This document shows positions 35,014 to 44,970 of a stretch of DNA of 64,000 bases, piece by piece. This DNA comes from Actinomycetes bacterium (lineage in GTDB: Bacteria; Actinomycetota; Coriobacteriia; WRKU01; WQUG01): assembly GCA_031272275.1 (NCBI GenBank), contig JAISUC010000012.1, forward strand, positions 2,052 to 66,051, read 5' to 3'. A model generated the notes under the pieces. That model saw nothing but the letters and a program-made list of their open reading frames with translations, had not been told where the DNA came from and did not search any database. Position numbers and translations under genes: made by a program. How positions within the stretch are numbered: position 1 is the first letter of the stretch; the number at the start of each line of letters is the position of its first letter.

Positions 35014-36035
35014 TAACCGCGGCACTGTGGATAGTCGCCGCTGTCGCGACGGGCGTCTGTGTGGTATGCGGGGTGGCAGCCCTGTGCGATGTAATTGACC
35101 GGCAACGCGACCATGCGGCGGCACGTCGCTCGCAGGCGCGCCTGCGCGGAAACGGCGGGGACGGTGACCCCCGCAGCTGCACCGGGCACCGCCACGCGGG
35201 TCAGCCGGCAGATTCCCCGACGGGTGTACGCGCATTTTTCGCCCGCCCGCCGCTGCGTCGCCCGGTGTTTTCGACGATGCTGGGACACACGCGCCTATGG
35301 CGCCTTTACCACCGCACCCTGACGCGCGCCGGGCTGAACGCCCATGCGGAGGCCTGGGCACAGTGGTACGTGCTGGGCGCGCTGCTCTTGCTGCTGACGG
35401 CTAGTGCCGCGTCTTCCCCGGCACTGGCGGTCATCCTGTTGGCGGCGCTTACGGTGACGCTTGCGATGCTGCTGTCCGGGGCGGTCGATCGGGCACACCA
35501 ACAGCTGCGCGAACAGCTGCCCCAGATGCTCGATGCGCTGGTGGCGGCTCTGCGCGCGGGACTGTCGTTTCCCCAAGCGATTGACACGGTCACCGCCGAC
35601 ACACAGGGACGGATGCACGAAATCCTGCAAAACCTACAGGCAGATCTTGCCGTCGGGCGCGATCTGGGTCGCGCGTTTCAGGCGGCCGCCACAGCCAGCG
35701 AACTGCGCGAGTTCACCTTTGTCGCAACCGCCGCAGCCGTCGTTTCACGCGTCGGCGGCGATGCTCCGCAGCTGTTTGAAAACTGTGCGGCATTGGTCAG
35801 GCAGGACCTCGCGCTTAACCGCTCGCTCAAGGCTCAGACCGCCCAGGGCAGGCTCTCGGTTCGCATGATCGCCATTGTGCCCGCCATCCTCATCGCCATC
35901 ATGTCCTGCGCCATGCCGGGTTACCTGGGTGTTTGGCTGCATTCAACGGTCGGCCGCGTAGCCTTTGCCTTTGCCTTGCTGCTGTTGTTGACGGGCTTTC
36001 TCTGGGTCCGCCGGGTGGTGCGCGTCGATGTCTAG
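35007..36035 (+). CDS. tadB: TadB (GspF-like inner-membrane platform protein)
   Basis: T2SSF-domain membrane protein. The start overlaps the tadA stop (ATGTTGA). Confidence 0.75.
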   Translation: MLITAALWIVAAVATGVCVVCGVAALCDVIDRQRDHAAARRSQARLRGNGGDGDPRSCTGHRHAGQPADSPTGVRAFFARPPLRRPVFSTMLGHTRLWRLYHRTLTRAGLNAHAEAWAQWYVLGALLLLLTASAASSPALAVILLAALTVTLAMLLSGAVDRAHQQLREQLPQMLDALVAALRAGLSFPQAIDTVTADTQGRMHEILQNLQADLAVGRDLGRAFQAAATASELREFTFVATAAAVVSRVGGDAPQLFENCAALVRQDLALNRSLKAQTAQGRLSVRMIAIVPAILIAIMSCAMPGYLGVWLHSTVGRVAFAFALLLLLTGFLWVRRVVRVDV

Positions 36036-36765
36036 CCTGCGCACGCTGATCATATGGGTACTGGCCGCGCTGTCGGCCGGAGTCTGTGCTGCCCTCGCCA
36101 CGTCGCAGCTGTGCGACCGCATTCAGGCGGGCATACTCGCACGCAGACAGCGTCACCACCGCTTGTTGCTGGCAGGTGGGGGAGTGATCCCCGACGACGA
36201 ATCCGTGCTCCGTCAAATCTTCGATGCTCTGCACCGTGGCTTGGATCGCAGCTTGGTGGGTCGTCGTCTGTTCGTACCCATGCGCCGGAAACGCGCGTTA
36301 CAGGCGCGTCGCGACAGCTGCGTGCGCGATCTGCCCGATATGGTCGACGTAATGCGCTTGGCCTTTGATGCCGGACTGTCTTTTGACCAGGCTTTCGATC
36401 TGTACTTGGATCGCTTTGACAACGAACTGGCGCGTTGCTTCCTCGTCGCCCGGCAATCCTGGCAGGTCGGGATGCAGTCGCGCATTCGTGCGCTGGAAGA
36501 CGTCGCGGCAGATATCGGCGAAGAATCACTCTTTCGCATGATTGCGGCTCTGCGGCAGGCGTTTGCGCTGGGGAGCGCCCTGGGGCCTGCATTCGAGACG
36601 CTCTCGTTCGAGGTGCGCAGGTATCGAAAAGCGGCGCTCGAGGAACAAATTGCAAAAACTCCGGTCAAGATTCTGGTTCCTTTGGGGGTCTGTCTGTTGC
36701 CGGCGATTTTGATCCTGATTATGGGACCGATTATGAGCCAGGCCCTGTCCGGGCTGGCGCTGTAG
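36028..36765 (+). CDS. tadC: TadC (second GspF-like platform protein)
   Basis: T2SSF-like domain membrane protein overlapping the tadB stop. Confidence 0.75.
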   Translation: MSSLRTLIIWVLAALSAGVCAALATSQLCDRIQAGILARRQRHHRLLLAGGGVIPDDESVLRQIFDALHRGLDRSLVGRRLFVPMRRKRALQARRDSCVRDLPDMVDVMRLAFDAGLSFDQAFDLYLDRFDNELARCFLVARQSWQVGMQSRIRALEDVAADIGEESLFRMIAALRQAFALGSALGPAFETLSFEVRRYRKAALEEQIAKTPVKILVPLGVCLLPAILILIMGPIMSQALSGLAL

Positions 36766-36846
36766 GGATCCGGGTCGGGATTGTTGGGGAGTTATCAGGA
36801 TGTGCCCGCCGCATACGTCGGGCACGCAGACGGAAAGGACTGAGAG

Positions 36847-37068
36847 ATGTTAAAACTCTGGGTAGCAATGCAATGTAAGTGGGCCGCCATCAAACACGAT
36901 GAAAGTGGTCAGGGCGTGGTGGAATACGTGATCATTTTGGCGGTGATTGCGATAGCCTGCGTCGGTTTGGCTGTTCTTTTCCACAATAAGCTCAAGACAC
37001 TTTGGGACAAGGTTACCGAGGAACTCGGAAACGCGAATATCAACTATGAGACGATTTCTGCCCGATGA
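36847..37068 (+). CDS. flp: Flp-family type IVb pilin
   Basis: G/VVEYVIILAVIAIA prepilin processing motif (G-x4-EY) then a hydrophobic helix. GGAAAGGA RBS. Confidence 0.7.
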   Translation: MLKLWVAMQCKWAAIKHDESGQGVVEYVIILAVIAIACVGLAVLFHNKLKTLWDKVTEELGNANINYETISAR

Positions 37069-37267
37069 ATCCGGCAACGCAAGCGTCGAATACGTGATTG
37101 CGTTGACCGTCATCTTGGTGATTGTGCTTGCCTTGGGTGCCCTCACGCGGCAAAGTGCGCGCGCGGGTACCACCACCGACACCTTTGGTCTGGCACAGCA
37201 CTTTCGCCGGGCGCCCTATACCCCGCAAGGGGGTGTAATGTGGGCACAAGACGTGCTGGCACATTAA
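37046..37267 (+). CDS. flp: Second Flp-family pilin
   Basis: GNASVEYVIALTVILVIVLALGAL Flp motif. Overlaps the 3' end of the first flp gene in another frame. Confidence 0.6.
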   Translation: MRRFLPDESGNASVEYVIALTVILVIVLALGALTRQSARAGTTTDTFGLAQHFRRAPYTPQGGVMWAQDVLAH

Positions 37268-37770
37268 CCCCGCAATCGCGTGCGGCCATGCTGCGCTGCC
37301 TGCAGAACGACGCCGGCTTCTCGCTGGTGGAAACTCCCCTTGTGGTGCTTTGCGTGTGCCTCTTGTGCCTGATACTGCTGCAGCCGGTGGTGACTTGCTA
37401 TACCCGCCTTTGTTTGGGGCAGGTCGCAGGCGAGCTCGCACGCATTGTGGCAACCGATCCTGCGGGCGCAGACAACGACGCACAGACGCGCTATAAGGTC
37501 TGGGCAGCCGATCGCCTGACGGGGCTTCCCGAGGGCAGCGCGTTTCGGGTGGCGGGCTCCCTGCAGTTGCAGGTGCAGGGGGACCCCGGCGCCGATACGG
37601 TCAAAGTCACCCTGTCGTTGCGCCAGAAACCCCTGCCGCTTGTAGGCTTATTCGGCGGGCATGCATCCGGTGACACGGTTGAGGTTTCCGCGAGCGCTCT
37701 CAGTACCGGCGCGCAGCACGCAGTCGAGGGCAGCCCCGCGACGGCCCCGCAGACCTACGGAAAGGACTGA
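37240..37770 (+). CDS. tadE: TadE-like pseudopilin / pilus assembly protein
   Basis: N-terminal GFSLVETPLVVLCVCLL TadE motif. GTG start with AAGGGGG RBS. Confidence 0.6.
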   Translation: MGTRRAGTLTPQSRAAMLRCLQNDAGFSLVETPLVVLCVCLLCLILLQPVVTCYTRLCLGQVAGELARIVATDPAGADNDAQTRYKVWAADRLTGLPEGSAFRVAGSLQLQVQGDPGADTVKVTLSLRQKPLPLVGLFGGHASGDTVEVSASALSTGAQHAVEGSPATAPQTYGKD

Positions 37771-37774
37771 GCCT

Positions 37775-39847
37775 GTGACTATTCGCTGGTTCAAAGACGA
37801 ACGCGGTTCGACCTCATTGGCAGTGGTGCTCGCCATTGTCTTGGTGGTGGCGCTGCTGGCTTGCTGCCTGCAGTGGTACTGGACGGCGTCATCATCGGCC
37901 GACATCCAGACTGTCGCCGATCTGGCGGTGCTGTCTGCCGCCGACACCACGGCAAAGGGCGTGATGTTCGTGCAGGTCCTTGACGCGTTGTTGTTGACGG
38001 CGAACCTCTTCGGTTTGCTGCTGCATGTGGTGGTCATGGTGGCGGGTGTCGCCACCGTGCTGGGGGGACCTGCCCTCAGCGCCGCTGCGGGCACGTTTTT
38101 TGAACAGGCGGCCGATTTCGACCGTCAATACTGTGAGCGGCGCAAGCAATTCGCGCAAGACGCCTACAAGCTGGCACAGGTCGTCTGTGATGCCTCACCG
38201 GTCGCCGCCGTTGCCTCGGGCGTCCAAAACGCCGCAGAAAACAGGGACGCACTGCAGACCTTTTCCGGGGCGGACTATACTGCCGTCGTCATCCCTTTTC
38301 CCCTCAAGGGCGAAATCACGCTGAGCGGCTACCCGGATGCCGATCAAGACATGGCGGATCTGGCACAATCCACCGGCGAGAAAAACGAACAGGATGCAGC
38401 CGACGTCAAGCGTCTGCGCGAAAAAGCCGACGACGCGCTGGATGCCGCATACAAGCTGGACATCTATAAGCCCGCGGGAACGCAGCGCGCCTATTGGGAT
38501 CCGGCTAGCGCTTTCGGCGATTTCAGGCGCGGGTTCGACAGCGATTACGGAACCTGTCCCGCAGCCCCTGCGACCCCCCGTCCCATCGAGGACAACGCCG
38601 CCACCCGTGCCGCCTTGGCTGCCGACTACCGCGACACTTGGAACGATATCCACCGCGACGTGCGCGCTGCCGTCATCCGTACCATCGCCACCCCCGCCGC
38701 CGGCAGCGCACAGCTTGATGCACGCGATATCAGCGCCACCGAGCCGCTTGCGCCCTACGCATCACATACCGTACTGCTGCTCGATCACGCAGCCGGCGCG
38801 CGCAAGGCCTATCACAGTCGTAGCGACTGTCAGGGACTCGCCAATGCCTCGCACGACCTCGGCCGCATCCGCCTGGATGCCCTCACCGGCGATGACAAGC
38901 ACCCACCCTGCGCGATTTGCACACCTCCGCACACCTCCGCACTCGCCGATTGGCAACGCGACCTAACCCGCTTTGCGCGTGCGTGGAACGCCGAGGCCGC
39001 GGCACTGCGCGCCTGGCAGACCGCTCGGGATCGCGCCGATGCTGCCGCCGGCCGCGTCCGCGATCGCACCCAAGCCGCCACCAAACAGCTCGCAGACAGC
39101 GCCAAATCCCTCTTGTTGGGCGGACGGCTGCGCTACACTCCGGCAGGCGCACGCGGTTTTCTCTGTGTCGCGACAACCACCAATACGCGTCATTTGCCCG
39201 CCTTCACCCTGCCTGCGCTGACTGCAGCTACTGACGCGCAATTGGGACAGCAGTTGACCTTGTCTGCCGCCCGACTGATGCCGGCAAAGGACCGCCAAAC
39301 CATCCCCGACTATTTGGATCGGACGGCAAACCCCACCGGGTCGTCAGCGACACCGGCTAACTCCGGGCAGCTCTCCGGCGCCATTCCGCGTCTGTTGGAT
39401 ACCGGTATCGGCGTCACCGATACGGTGGCTGTGAAACTTTGGGGAACCTGCCTGAAGCTCAACACGCGCGGTCAGGCCGGCGCCACCGACCTGCTGAACC
39501 GGCTCCCCTTGGGGCTCGACAAAACCTGCACCGGCGCTTTGGACAAAATCACCGCAACAGCTGAAATCACCGCCCCCGACCTGCGCATGCCGATGCCGAC
39601 CCTGGTCGACACGTCCCAGATCGGCGACGCGACCGCCCCCGGCATCGAGGGCAGGGTCGTGTCCGCCATCGCATCGGGCAAAGACGCCGCGCGCAAACTC
39701 GCCCAGATCCGTGACAGCGACCTGCATGACCTGCTGCAACATCTGGGGGAGTACGTCCCCGCGTCCCCGCCGGCTGCAGGCACTGCCCGCAAGGGCAGCC
39801 TGCTGGGTGCAGAGATTACGCTCCCCCTGTGTGTGGGAGGACAATGA
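37775..39847 (+). CDS. tadG: Large TadG-like pilus-associated protein with Tad_N (ERGSTSLAVVLAIVLV) N-terminus
   Basis: GTG start after AAGGA. N-terminal TadE/G-like motif followed by a roughly 650-aa Ala/Asp-rich region of unknown fold. Confidence 0.6.
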   Translation: MTIRWFKDERGSTSLAVVLAIVLVVALLACCLQWYWTASSSADIQTVADLAVLSAADTTAKGVMFVQVLDALLLTANLFGLLLHVVVMVAGVATVLGGPALSAAAGTFFEQAADFDRQYCERRKQFAQDAYKLAQVVCDASPVAAVASGVQNAAENRDALQTFSGADYTAVVIPFPLKGEITLSGYPDADQDMADLAQSTGEKNEQDAADVKRLREKADDALDAAYKLDIYKPAGTQRAYWDPASAFGDFRRGFDSDYGTCPAAPATPRPIEDNAATRAALAADYRDTWNDIHRDVRAAVIRTIATPAAGSAQLDARDISATEPLAPYASHTVLLLDHAAGARKAYHSRSDCQGLANASHDLGRIRLDALTGDDKHPPCAICTPPHTSALADWQRDLTRFARAWNAEAAALRAWQTARDRADAAAGRVRDRTQAATKQLADSAKSLLLGGRLRYTPAGARGFLCVATTTNTRHLPAFTLPALTAATDAQLGQQLTLSAARLMPAKDRQTIPDYLDRTANPTGSSATPANSGQLSGAIPRLLDTGIGVTDTVAVKLWGTCLKLNTRGQAGATDLLNRLPLGLDKTCTGALDKITATAEITAPDLRMPMPTLVDTSQIGDATAPGIEGRVVSAIASGKDAARKLAQIRDSDLHDLLQHLGEYVPASPPAAGTARKGSLLGAEITLPLCVGGQ
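39745..39759 (-). repeat. Family 1 15-mer (reverse form) inside the 3' end of the tadG-like gene, 85 bp before the next start
   Basis: GGGGGAGTACGTCCC read directly. CTCCCCCTGTGTGTG at 39820 resembles the tail of the copies at 4957 and 17408. Confidence 0.6.
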
Positions 39848-40257
39848 TGCGGCGGTTTCTGGCGGATGAACGCGGCCAGATGGTCGTCGAGATGCTGGTG
39901 TTGATACCGGCGTTCACCGTGGCCTTGCTGTTGGTGGTCAACGTCGGTCTGTTTCTGGCGGAGGTGTCGCGCTTTGACCGTCTGACCTGCGAGGTCGCAC
40001 GCGGCCTGACGGCAGAGGCGGCCGACCCCGCCTCCTGTGCCGCCACGCGGCTGTCCGAAAGCATGGGGTATTCGGGCGACAGCAAAGGACCGTATACGAT
40101 ATCGGTCGATGTCAGTGACGCGGGCATGCCTTTGGCGGCACGGCGCCGCCTGCATTTCACGTTGACCTATCGGCTGTTCGGCCGAGCCCCCGGTGGGGGA
40201 GTGACGGCGTTCAAGCGTGAAAAGACGCTGGTGATTCCTTGGAGTTGCGGATTGTGA
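39844..40257 (+). CDS. tadE: Second TadE-like protein
   Basis: ADERGQMVVEMLVLIPAFTVALLLVV TadE motif. ATGA overlap with the tadG stop. GGGAGGA RBS. Confidence 0.65.
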   Translation: MMRRFLADERGQMVVEMLVLIPAFTVALLLVVNVGLFLAEVSRFDRLTCEVARGLTAEAADPASCAATRLSESMGYSGDSKGPYTISVDVSDAGMPLAARRRLHFTLTYRLFGRAPGGGVTAFKREKTLVIPWSCGL

Positions 40258-40583
40258 GGCTGTCGGTGAAACGCGATCCGGTCACGGTGATCGCCGGGTT
40301 GCGTATTCGGGTCGCGACCACGTTTTGGGCGCGTCTGCGCGGGTTGTTGGGCACGCGCCCGGATGCACTGTCGCGCAGGCGTGTGGACGGTATGTTGTTT
40401 CCGCACTGCCGGGCGGTGCACACCTGGGGGATGCGCTATCCGCTGGATCTGGTGTTTTTAGATGATACCGGTGCGGTCCTGCAGGTGCGCCGTGCCGTGG
40501 CACCGGGCAGATTGGTCGCAGGACCTGCGGGAACATATGCGGTACTGGAGTTGCCGAGTGCCGGCGATAAGGAAAGGACGTGA
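40254..40583 (+). CDS. DUF192 (COG1430) family protein
   Basis: MRYPLDLVFLDDTGAVL is the DUF192 core. GTGA overlap with the preceding gene. Confidence 0.6.
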   Translation: MRLSVKRDPVTVIAGLRIRVATTFWARLRGLLGTRPDALSRRRVDGMLFPHCRAVHTWGMRYPLDLVFLDDTGAVLQVRRAVAPGRLVAGPAGTYAVLELPSAGDKERT

Positions 40584-40585
40584 GT

Positions 40586-40789
40586 ATGCGGACAAAGACC
40601 TGTCCCATCTGTGCGGCAAAAGCCGTGTATGACGCAGACGTGTGTTACGAGTGTTATTACCGATTCGACCGGGCATCTGCCTGCGACGTCGCCTTTGATG
40701 CGTTGCCGCCGGTCCGAATGCGGTCTGAAACTGCGGCTGCGGGCTGTTATACTGATAAGCTACAACAGTCAAGGGATGAAAAGGAATGA
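40586..40789 (+). CDS. Small zinc-ribbon protein (CPIC...CYEC)
   Basis: 67 aa with CxxC-x11-CxxC. AAGGAAAGGA RBS. Sits between the tad locus and the carboxylase genes. Confidence 0.45.
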   Translation: MRTKTCPICAAKAVYDADVCYECYYRFDRASACDVAFDALPPVRMRSETAAAGCYTDKLQQSRDEKE

Positions 40790-40792
40790 GAT

Positions 40793-42655
40793 ATGCGACC
40801 TGTCGGTATAACTGATACCACATTGCGCGACGCCCACCAATCTCTTTGGGCGACCCGAATGCAAATAGGAGACATGCTGCCCATCCTGCCTGCGATGGAC
40901 GCCGTCGGTTATCGTTCGCTCGAGGCTTGGGGTGGCGCGACATTCGACACCTGTTTGCGCTTTCTGGATGAAAACCCCTGGGAGCGTCTGCGCACCATCA
41001 AGGACCACTGTCCGAAAACGCCGCTGCAGATGTTGTTGCGCGGGCAGAACTTGGTCGGTTATCACCACTATTCCGACGAAATCGTCGGAAGATTCGTGCG
41101 CGCGGCAAAGCGCAACGGGATCGATATCTTCCGCGTGTTCGATGCGCTGAACGATATCCGCAACGTGCGGTGTTCCGCGCGTGCGATCAAGGACGCCGGC
41201 GGTCATTTTCAGGGCGCCATCAGCTACACCATCAGCCCCGTGCACACCATCGATTCCTACGTCGAATACGCCCTGCAACTGAAAGAGCTGGGTGCCGACA
41301 GCATCGCCATCAAGGATATGGCGGGTATGTTGACGCCTTTCAGGACCGAGCGCATGGTCAAGGTCCTGGTCGAACAGGTGGGCCTGCCCGTGCAGGTGCA
41401 CTGTCACTATATCGGCGGTATGGCACCGATGAACTATCTGAAAGCCGTCGAGGCCGGCGCCGAGGTTCTGGATACCGCCGTGGTGGCATTGGCATTCGGA
41501 AACAGTCAACCTGCGGTGGAAACCATCGTGGCGGCACTGAAGGAAAGCCCCTATGACACCGGTATCGAGCTGGATGCGCTGTTTGAAATCGCGCACTATT
41601 GGGAAGACATTCGCGAGCGCCATCACGTGAAGCGCGGCACGACCAGCCTGTTGTCCATGGAGGTATTCAGTCACCAGGTGCCGGGCGGCATGATGAGCAA
41701 CTTGCTGAGCCAGCTGGAAATCCAGCGTGCCCTGGATCGCCTGCCCGATGTCTTGCGCGAGATCGCAAAGGTGCGTGCCGAGGTGGGCTATCCGCCCCTG
41801 GTCACGCCCATGAGCCAGATCGTCGGCACCCAGGCCGTGCTGAACGTAATTACCGGCAAGCGCTGGAGTATCGTTCCCCAGGAAATGCGCGATTACCTGT
41901 TGGGGTACTATGGCAAGGCACCGGCGAAACTGAACCAAGAGATCATGGACAAGGTTCTGGGACCCGATGACGTGGCGCTGGACCCGGATATCGAGCCGGG
42001 CTCGCTGGTGACGACCACATATGACGACGTCGCGGCTGAAATCGGGGAGCTCGCACGCAGCGAGGAAGACGTGTTGATGTATGCGCTGTTCCCGAAAGAG
42101 GCGCGCGAGTATTTGGAACGTCATGCTCACGACCTGCAAAATGCGGTCTTTATGACTGCGGACGAGGCGCGGGTCGTCAAAGAGGAGATAGAAGGAGACG
42201 ACGTGAACATCGATCAAATCAAAGAGCTGGTTAAAACCTTGGAGAGCTCGAATTGTGCCGAGCTGATAGTGGAAGAGGGCGAAAGCCGCGTGACTCTGCG
42301 CAAGCCGGGGGCTGCCCCTGTCGTTGTCGCATCCGGCGGTGCGACAGCCCCGGTGCCGCCGACGCCCCAGCCTCCCATTCAGACTCAACCTGAACCGGGG
42401 ACGCGCCCGGCGACCTGGCAGGCGGTGAAGTCGCCCATGGTGGGGACCTTTTATGCCGCGCCGTCGCCCGATGCGGAACCCTTTGTCGCGGTGGGTGACG
42501 AGGTCAAAGAGGGACAGACGGTCTGCATCGTCGAGGCCATGAAGCTGATGAACGAGGTCAGCGTGCCCGTTGATGCCGTCATTCGCGAGGTGGCCGTCAC
42601 CAATGCCGATGCGGTCGAATACGACCAGGCACTGATTTGGTTTGAAGCGCTGTGA
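40793..42655 (+). CDS. pycB: Oxaloacetate decarboxylase alpha / pyruvate carboxylase subunit B (carboxyltransferase plus biotinyl carrier domain)
   Basis: MRPVGITDTTLRDAHQSL... TIM-barrel carboxyltransferase. C-terminal EAMKLMNEV biotinyl-lysine motif. AAAGGAA RBS. Confidence 0.9.
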   Translation: MRPVGITDTTLRDAHQSLWATRMQIGDMLPILPAMDAVGYRSLEAWGGATFDTCLRFLDENPWERLRTIKDHCPKTPLQMLLRGQNLVGYHHYSDEIVGRFVRAAKRNGIDIFRVFDALNDIRNVRCSARAIKDAGGHFQGAISYTISPVHTIDSYVEYALQLKELGADSIAIKDMAGMLTPFRTERMVKVLVEQVGLPVQVHCHYIGGMAPMNYLKAVEAGAEVLDTAVVALAFGNSQPAVETIVAALKESPYDTGIELDALFEIAHYWEDIRERHHVKRGTTSLLSMEVFSHQVPGGMMSNLLSQLEIQRALDRLPDVLREIAKVRAEVGYPPLVTPMSQIVGTQAVLNVITGKRWSIVPQEMRDYLLGYYGKAPAKLNQEIMDKVLGPDDVALDPDIEPGSLVTTTYDDVAAEIGELARSEEDVLMYALFPKEAREYLERHAHDLQNAVFMTADEARVVKEEIEGDDVNIDQIKELVKTLESSNCAELIVEEGESRVTLRKPGAAPVVVASGGATAPVPPTPQPPIQTQPEPGTRPATWQAVKSPMVGTFYAAPSPDAEPFVAVGDEVKEGQTVCIVEAMKLMNEVSVPVDAVIREVAVTNADAVEYDQALIWFEAL

Positions 42656-44007
42656 TGTTTGACTCGATACTGATAGCCAATCGCGGTGAGGTCGCGGTGC
42701 GCATCATCCGCAGTGCGCGTGAGATGGGCATCAAAACCGTCGCCGTCTATTCCCAGGCCGATGCACACAGCCGGCATGTGCGGATGGCGGACCGCGCCGT
42801 CTGCATCGGACCGGCACAGTCGACTGCCTCGTACCTGAACCAGGCGAATATCATCATGGCGGCGCTGAACACCGGTGCCGGTGCCATTCATCCCGGCTAC
42901 GGTTTCTTGGCTGAAAACGCCGAGTTTGCCCGGCTCTGTGCCGACGAGGGTCTGGTCTTTGTGGGTCCCTCACCGGATGCCATCACGCGCATGGGCAACA
43001 AATCGATTGCGCGTGCAACGGCAGGCGCGGCAGGTGTGCCCGTCGTACCCGGCTCGCCGGGTGCCATCGATACCGTGGCTGAAGCCGCGACATTCGCCGA
43101 TGAAGTCGGTTATCCCGTGTTGGTCAAGGCCAGCGCCGGCGGCGGTGGCAAGGGCATGCGCGTCGCACATGACGCAGACGACCTGGCGCACCAGTTCACG
43201 GCGGCACGGACCGAGGCCGCAGCCGCATTCGGCGATGACACGGTTTATCTGGAAAAATACCTGGCGCGCCCGAAACATATCGAGATACAGATATTGACCG
43301 ACACGCACGGTAACGGGGTCTACCTGTTCGAGCGCGATTGCAGCGTGCAGCGACGTCACCAGAAACTGATTGAAGAGGCCCCGTCGGTCGTGCTTACACC
43401 TGAAACCCGCAAAGAAATGGGACGTGCGGCACTGCGGCTGGCGGAAAACGTCGGATATGTGGGTGCCGGCACGGTCGAGTTTTTGTATGACACGGACGGC
43501 AGCTGGTATTTCATGGAGATGAATACCCGCGTCCAGGTCGAACATCCCGTGACCGAGGCCATTTGCGGGCTGGATATCATCGCCGCTCAAATACGCATAG
43601 CCGCAGGCGAGCCCTTGGGACTGACGCAGGATGACCTGAGCATCGACGGGCACGCCATCGAGTTCCGCATCAACGCCGAAGACCCCGCACAGGATTTTCG
43701 TCCCAGCCCCGGTACCGTGTCACGCTTTACCTTGCCGGGTGGTTTCGGCGTACGCGTCGACACGCACTTGGCGGCAGGCGAGACTATTTCGCCGTACTAC
43801 GATTCACTGATTGCCAAGCTGATTGTGCACGGTGCCGACCGCAGCGAATGTATCGCGCGCGCCCGCAGGGCTTTGGGAGAGTTCGATGTCGCCGGTGTGG
43901 CGACCACCATACCCTTTCATCTCGAAGCGCTGACGGTTCCCGCGTTTATCGAGGGACGGGTTTATACTGATTTTGTGGACACGGAGATGGGAGGATCCGA
44001 TGACTGA
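42655..44007 (+). CDS. accC: Biotin carboxylase (acetyl-CoA carboxylase AccC / pyruvate carboxylase subunit A)
   Basis: MFDSILIANRGEVAVRIIRS... ATP-grasp motifs. Overlaps the pycB stop. Confidence 0.9.
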   Translation: MFDSILIANRGEVAVRIIRSAREMGIKTVAVYSQADAHSRHVRMADRAVCIGPAQSTASYLNQANIIMAALNTGAGAIHPGYGFLAENAEFARLCADEGLVFVGPSPDAITRMGNKSIARATAGAAGVPVVPGSPGAIDTVAEAATFADEVGYPVLVKASAGGGGKGMRVAHDADDLAHQFTAARTEAAAAFGDDTVYLEKYLARPKHIEIQILTDTHGNGVYLFERDCSVQRRHQKLIEEAPSVVLTPETRKEMGRAALRLAENVGYVGAGTVEFLYDTDGSWYFMEMNTRVQVEHPVTEAICGLDIIAAQIRIAAGEPLGLTQDDLSIDGHAIEFRINAEDPAQDFRPSPGTVSRFTLPGGFGVRVDTHLAAGETISPYYDSLIAKLIVHGADRSECIARARRALGEFDVAGVATTIPFHLEALTVPAFIEGRVYTDFVDTEMGGSDD

Positions 44008-44350
44008 CAAGTTGGTGTTCGATGGGCTGTCTGTTGCCCCCGCCGTCATCGAGACGATAGCGCGCATCGCGACCGAAACCACCGAGGGCGTAGCCGTCGT
44101 CGGTACCGGACCGGATAGCGGTGTGGCGTCATTGCTCAAGGCGAAAAACAGCGGCGTGGAAATAATCGGCGAGCCCGACGAAGGACTGCATATCACCGTG
44201 CACGTCAGTGCGGTCTATGGTACGAAGCTGCACGAGTTGGGGCGCGCCATCCAGCAGTCGATTGCCGATGCGCTGGATGTGCAATTGGGCCTGACCACGG
44301 TTGCCGTCGATGTCTATATCGATGGCTTGGTCTTTAGCGAGCCCGCCTAG
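44000..44350 (+). CDS. Asp23/Gls24-family alkaline-shock/envelope-stress protein
   Basis: 117 aa. GGGAGG RBS. Same position as B. subtilis yqhY downstream of accC. Confidence 0.7.
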   Translation: MTDKLVFDGLSVAPAVIETIARIATETTEGVAVVGTGPDSGVASLLKAKNSGVEIIGEPDEGLHITVHVSAVYGTKLHELGRAIQQSIADALDVQLGLTTVAVDVYIDGLVFSEPA

Positions 44351-44370
44351 CGGTTGCGTGTTGTGTGGGT

Positions 44371-44919
44371 ATGGCTGTGACGGTTCAAACCGATAAAAAA
44401 CGACTGGGAAATCGCGTCGGCGCTCATTCGCGCAGCTATGCGCGCCTGTATGCCGTGCGTCTGCTGTATGCGGCGGAAATGTGTGAGGTTCCCGTGGTCG
44501 AAATGGCGCACGACGCGCAGCAGTGCATGGACCAGGATCGGCTGGATGAATGTCTGTATGAATGCAGCAACACCCAGCGCAAAAAATGTGCACAGTTCAA
44601 CTTTTTCGACAGCTTCAAAGACGGACCGAACGAATACGCGCGTCAGATAGTTGCCGGGGTGGCAGGCGAGCTGGCACGCATTGACGGCGCCATTGCGGAC
44701 GCGTCGCGGCACTGGGCGGTCTTTCGTATGCCGGTGGTCGATCGCGCCATTTTGCGTGTCGCCGTTTGGGAGCTGCTGTTCAATGACGAAGTACCCGATT
44801 CAGTCGCTATTAACGAAGCGGTGATGATCGCCAAAGACTACGGCGGAGACGATTCGTCGAAGTTCATCAACGGCGTGCTGGGAAAAATAGCCGGTGGCGC
44901 CACACATACAGACGCATAG
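44371..44919 (+). CDS. nusB: Transcription antitermination factor NusB
   Basis: ARLYAVRLLYAAEM...VAINEAVMIAKDYGGDDSSKFINGVLGK matches NusB. Confidence 0.85.
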   Translation: MAVTVQTDKKRLGNRVGAHSRSYARLYAVRLLYAAEMCEVPVVEMAHDAQQCMDQDRLDECLYECSNTQRKKCAQFNFFDSFKDGPNEYARQIVAGVAGELARIDGAIADASRHWAVFRMPVVDRAILRVAVWELLFNDEVPDSVAINEAVMIAKDYGGDDSSKFINGVLGKIAGGATHTDA

Positions 44920-44970
44920 TTGGCCGCAGCCCGAAGTCGTGGTGGTGGGGCACACCTGAAAGGAACGGAA

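Noticed and set aside
40769-42388. 539-aa ORF antisense to pycB/oadA
   Set aside because: The carboxyltransferase on the plus strand is unambiguous.
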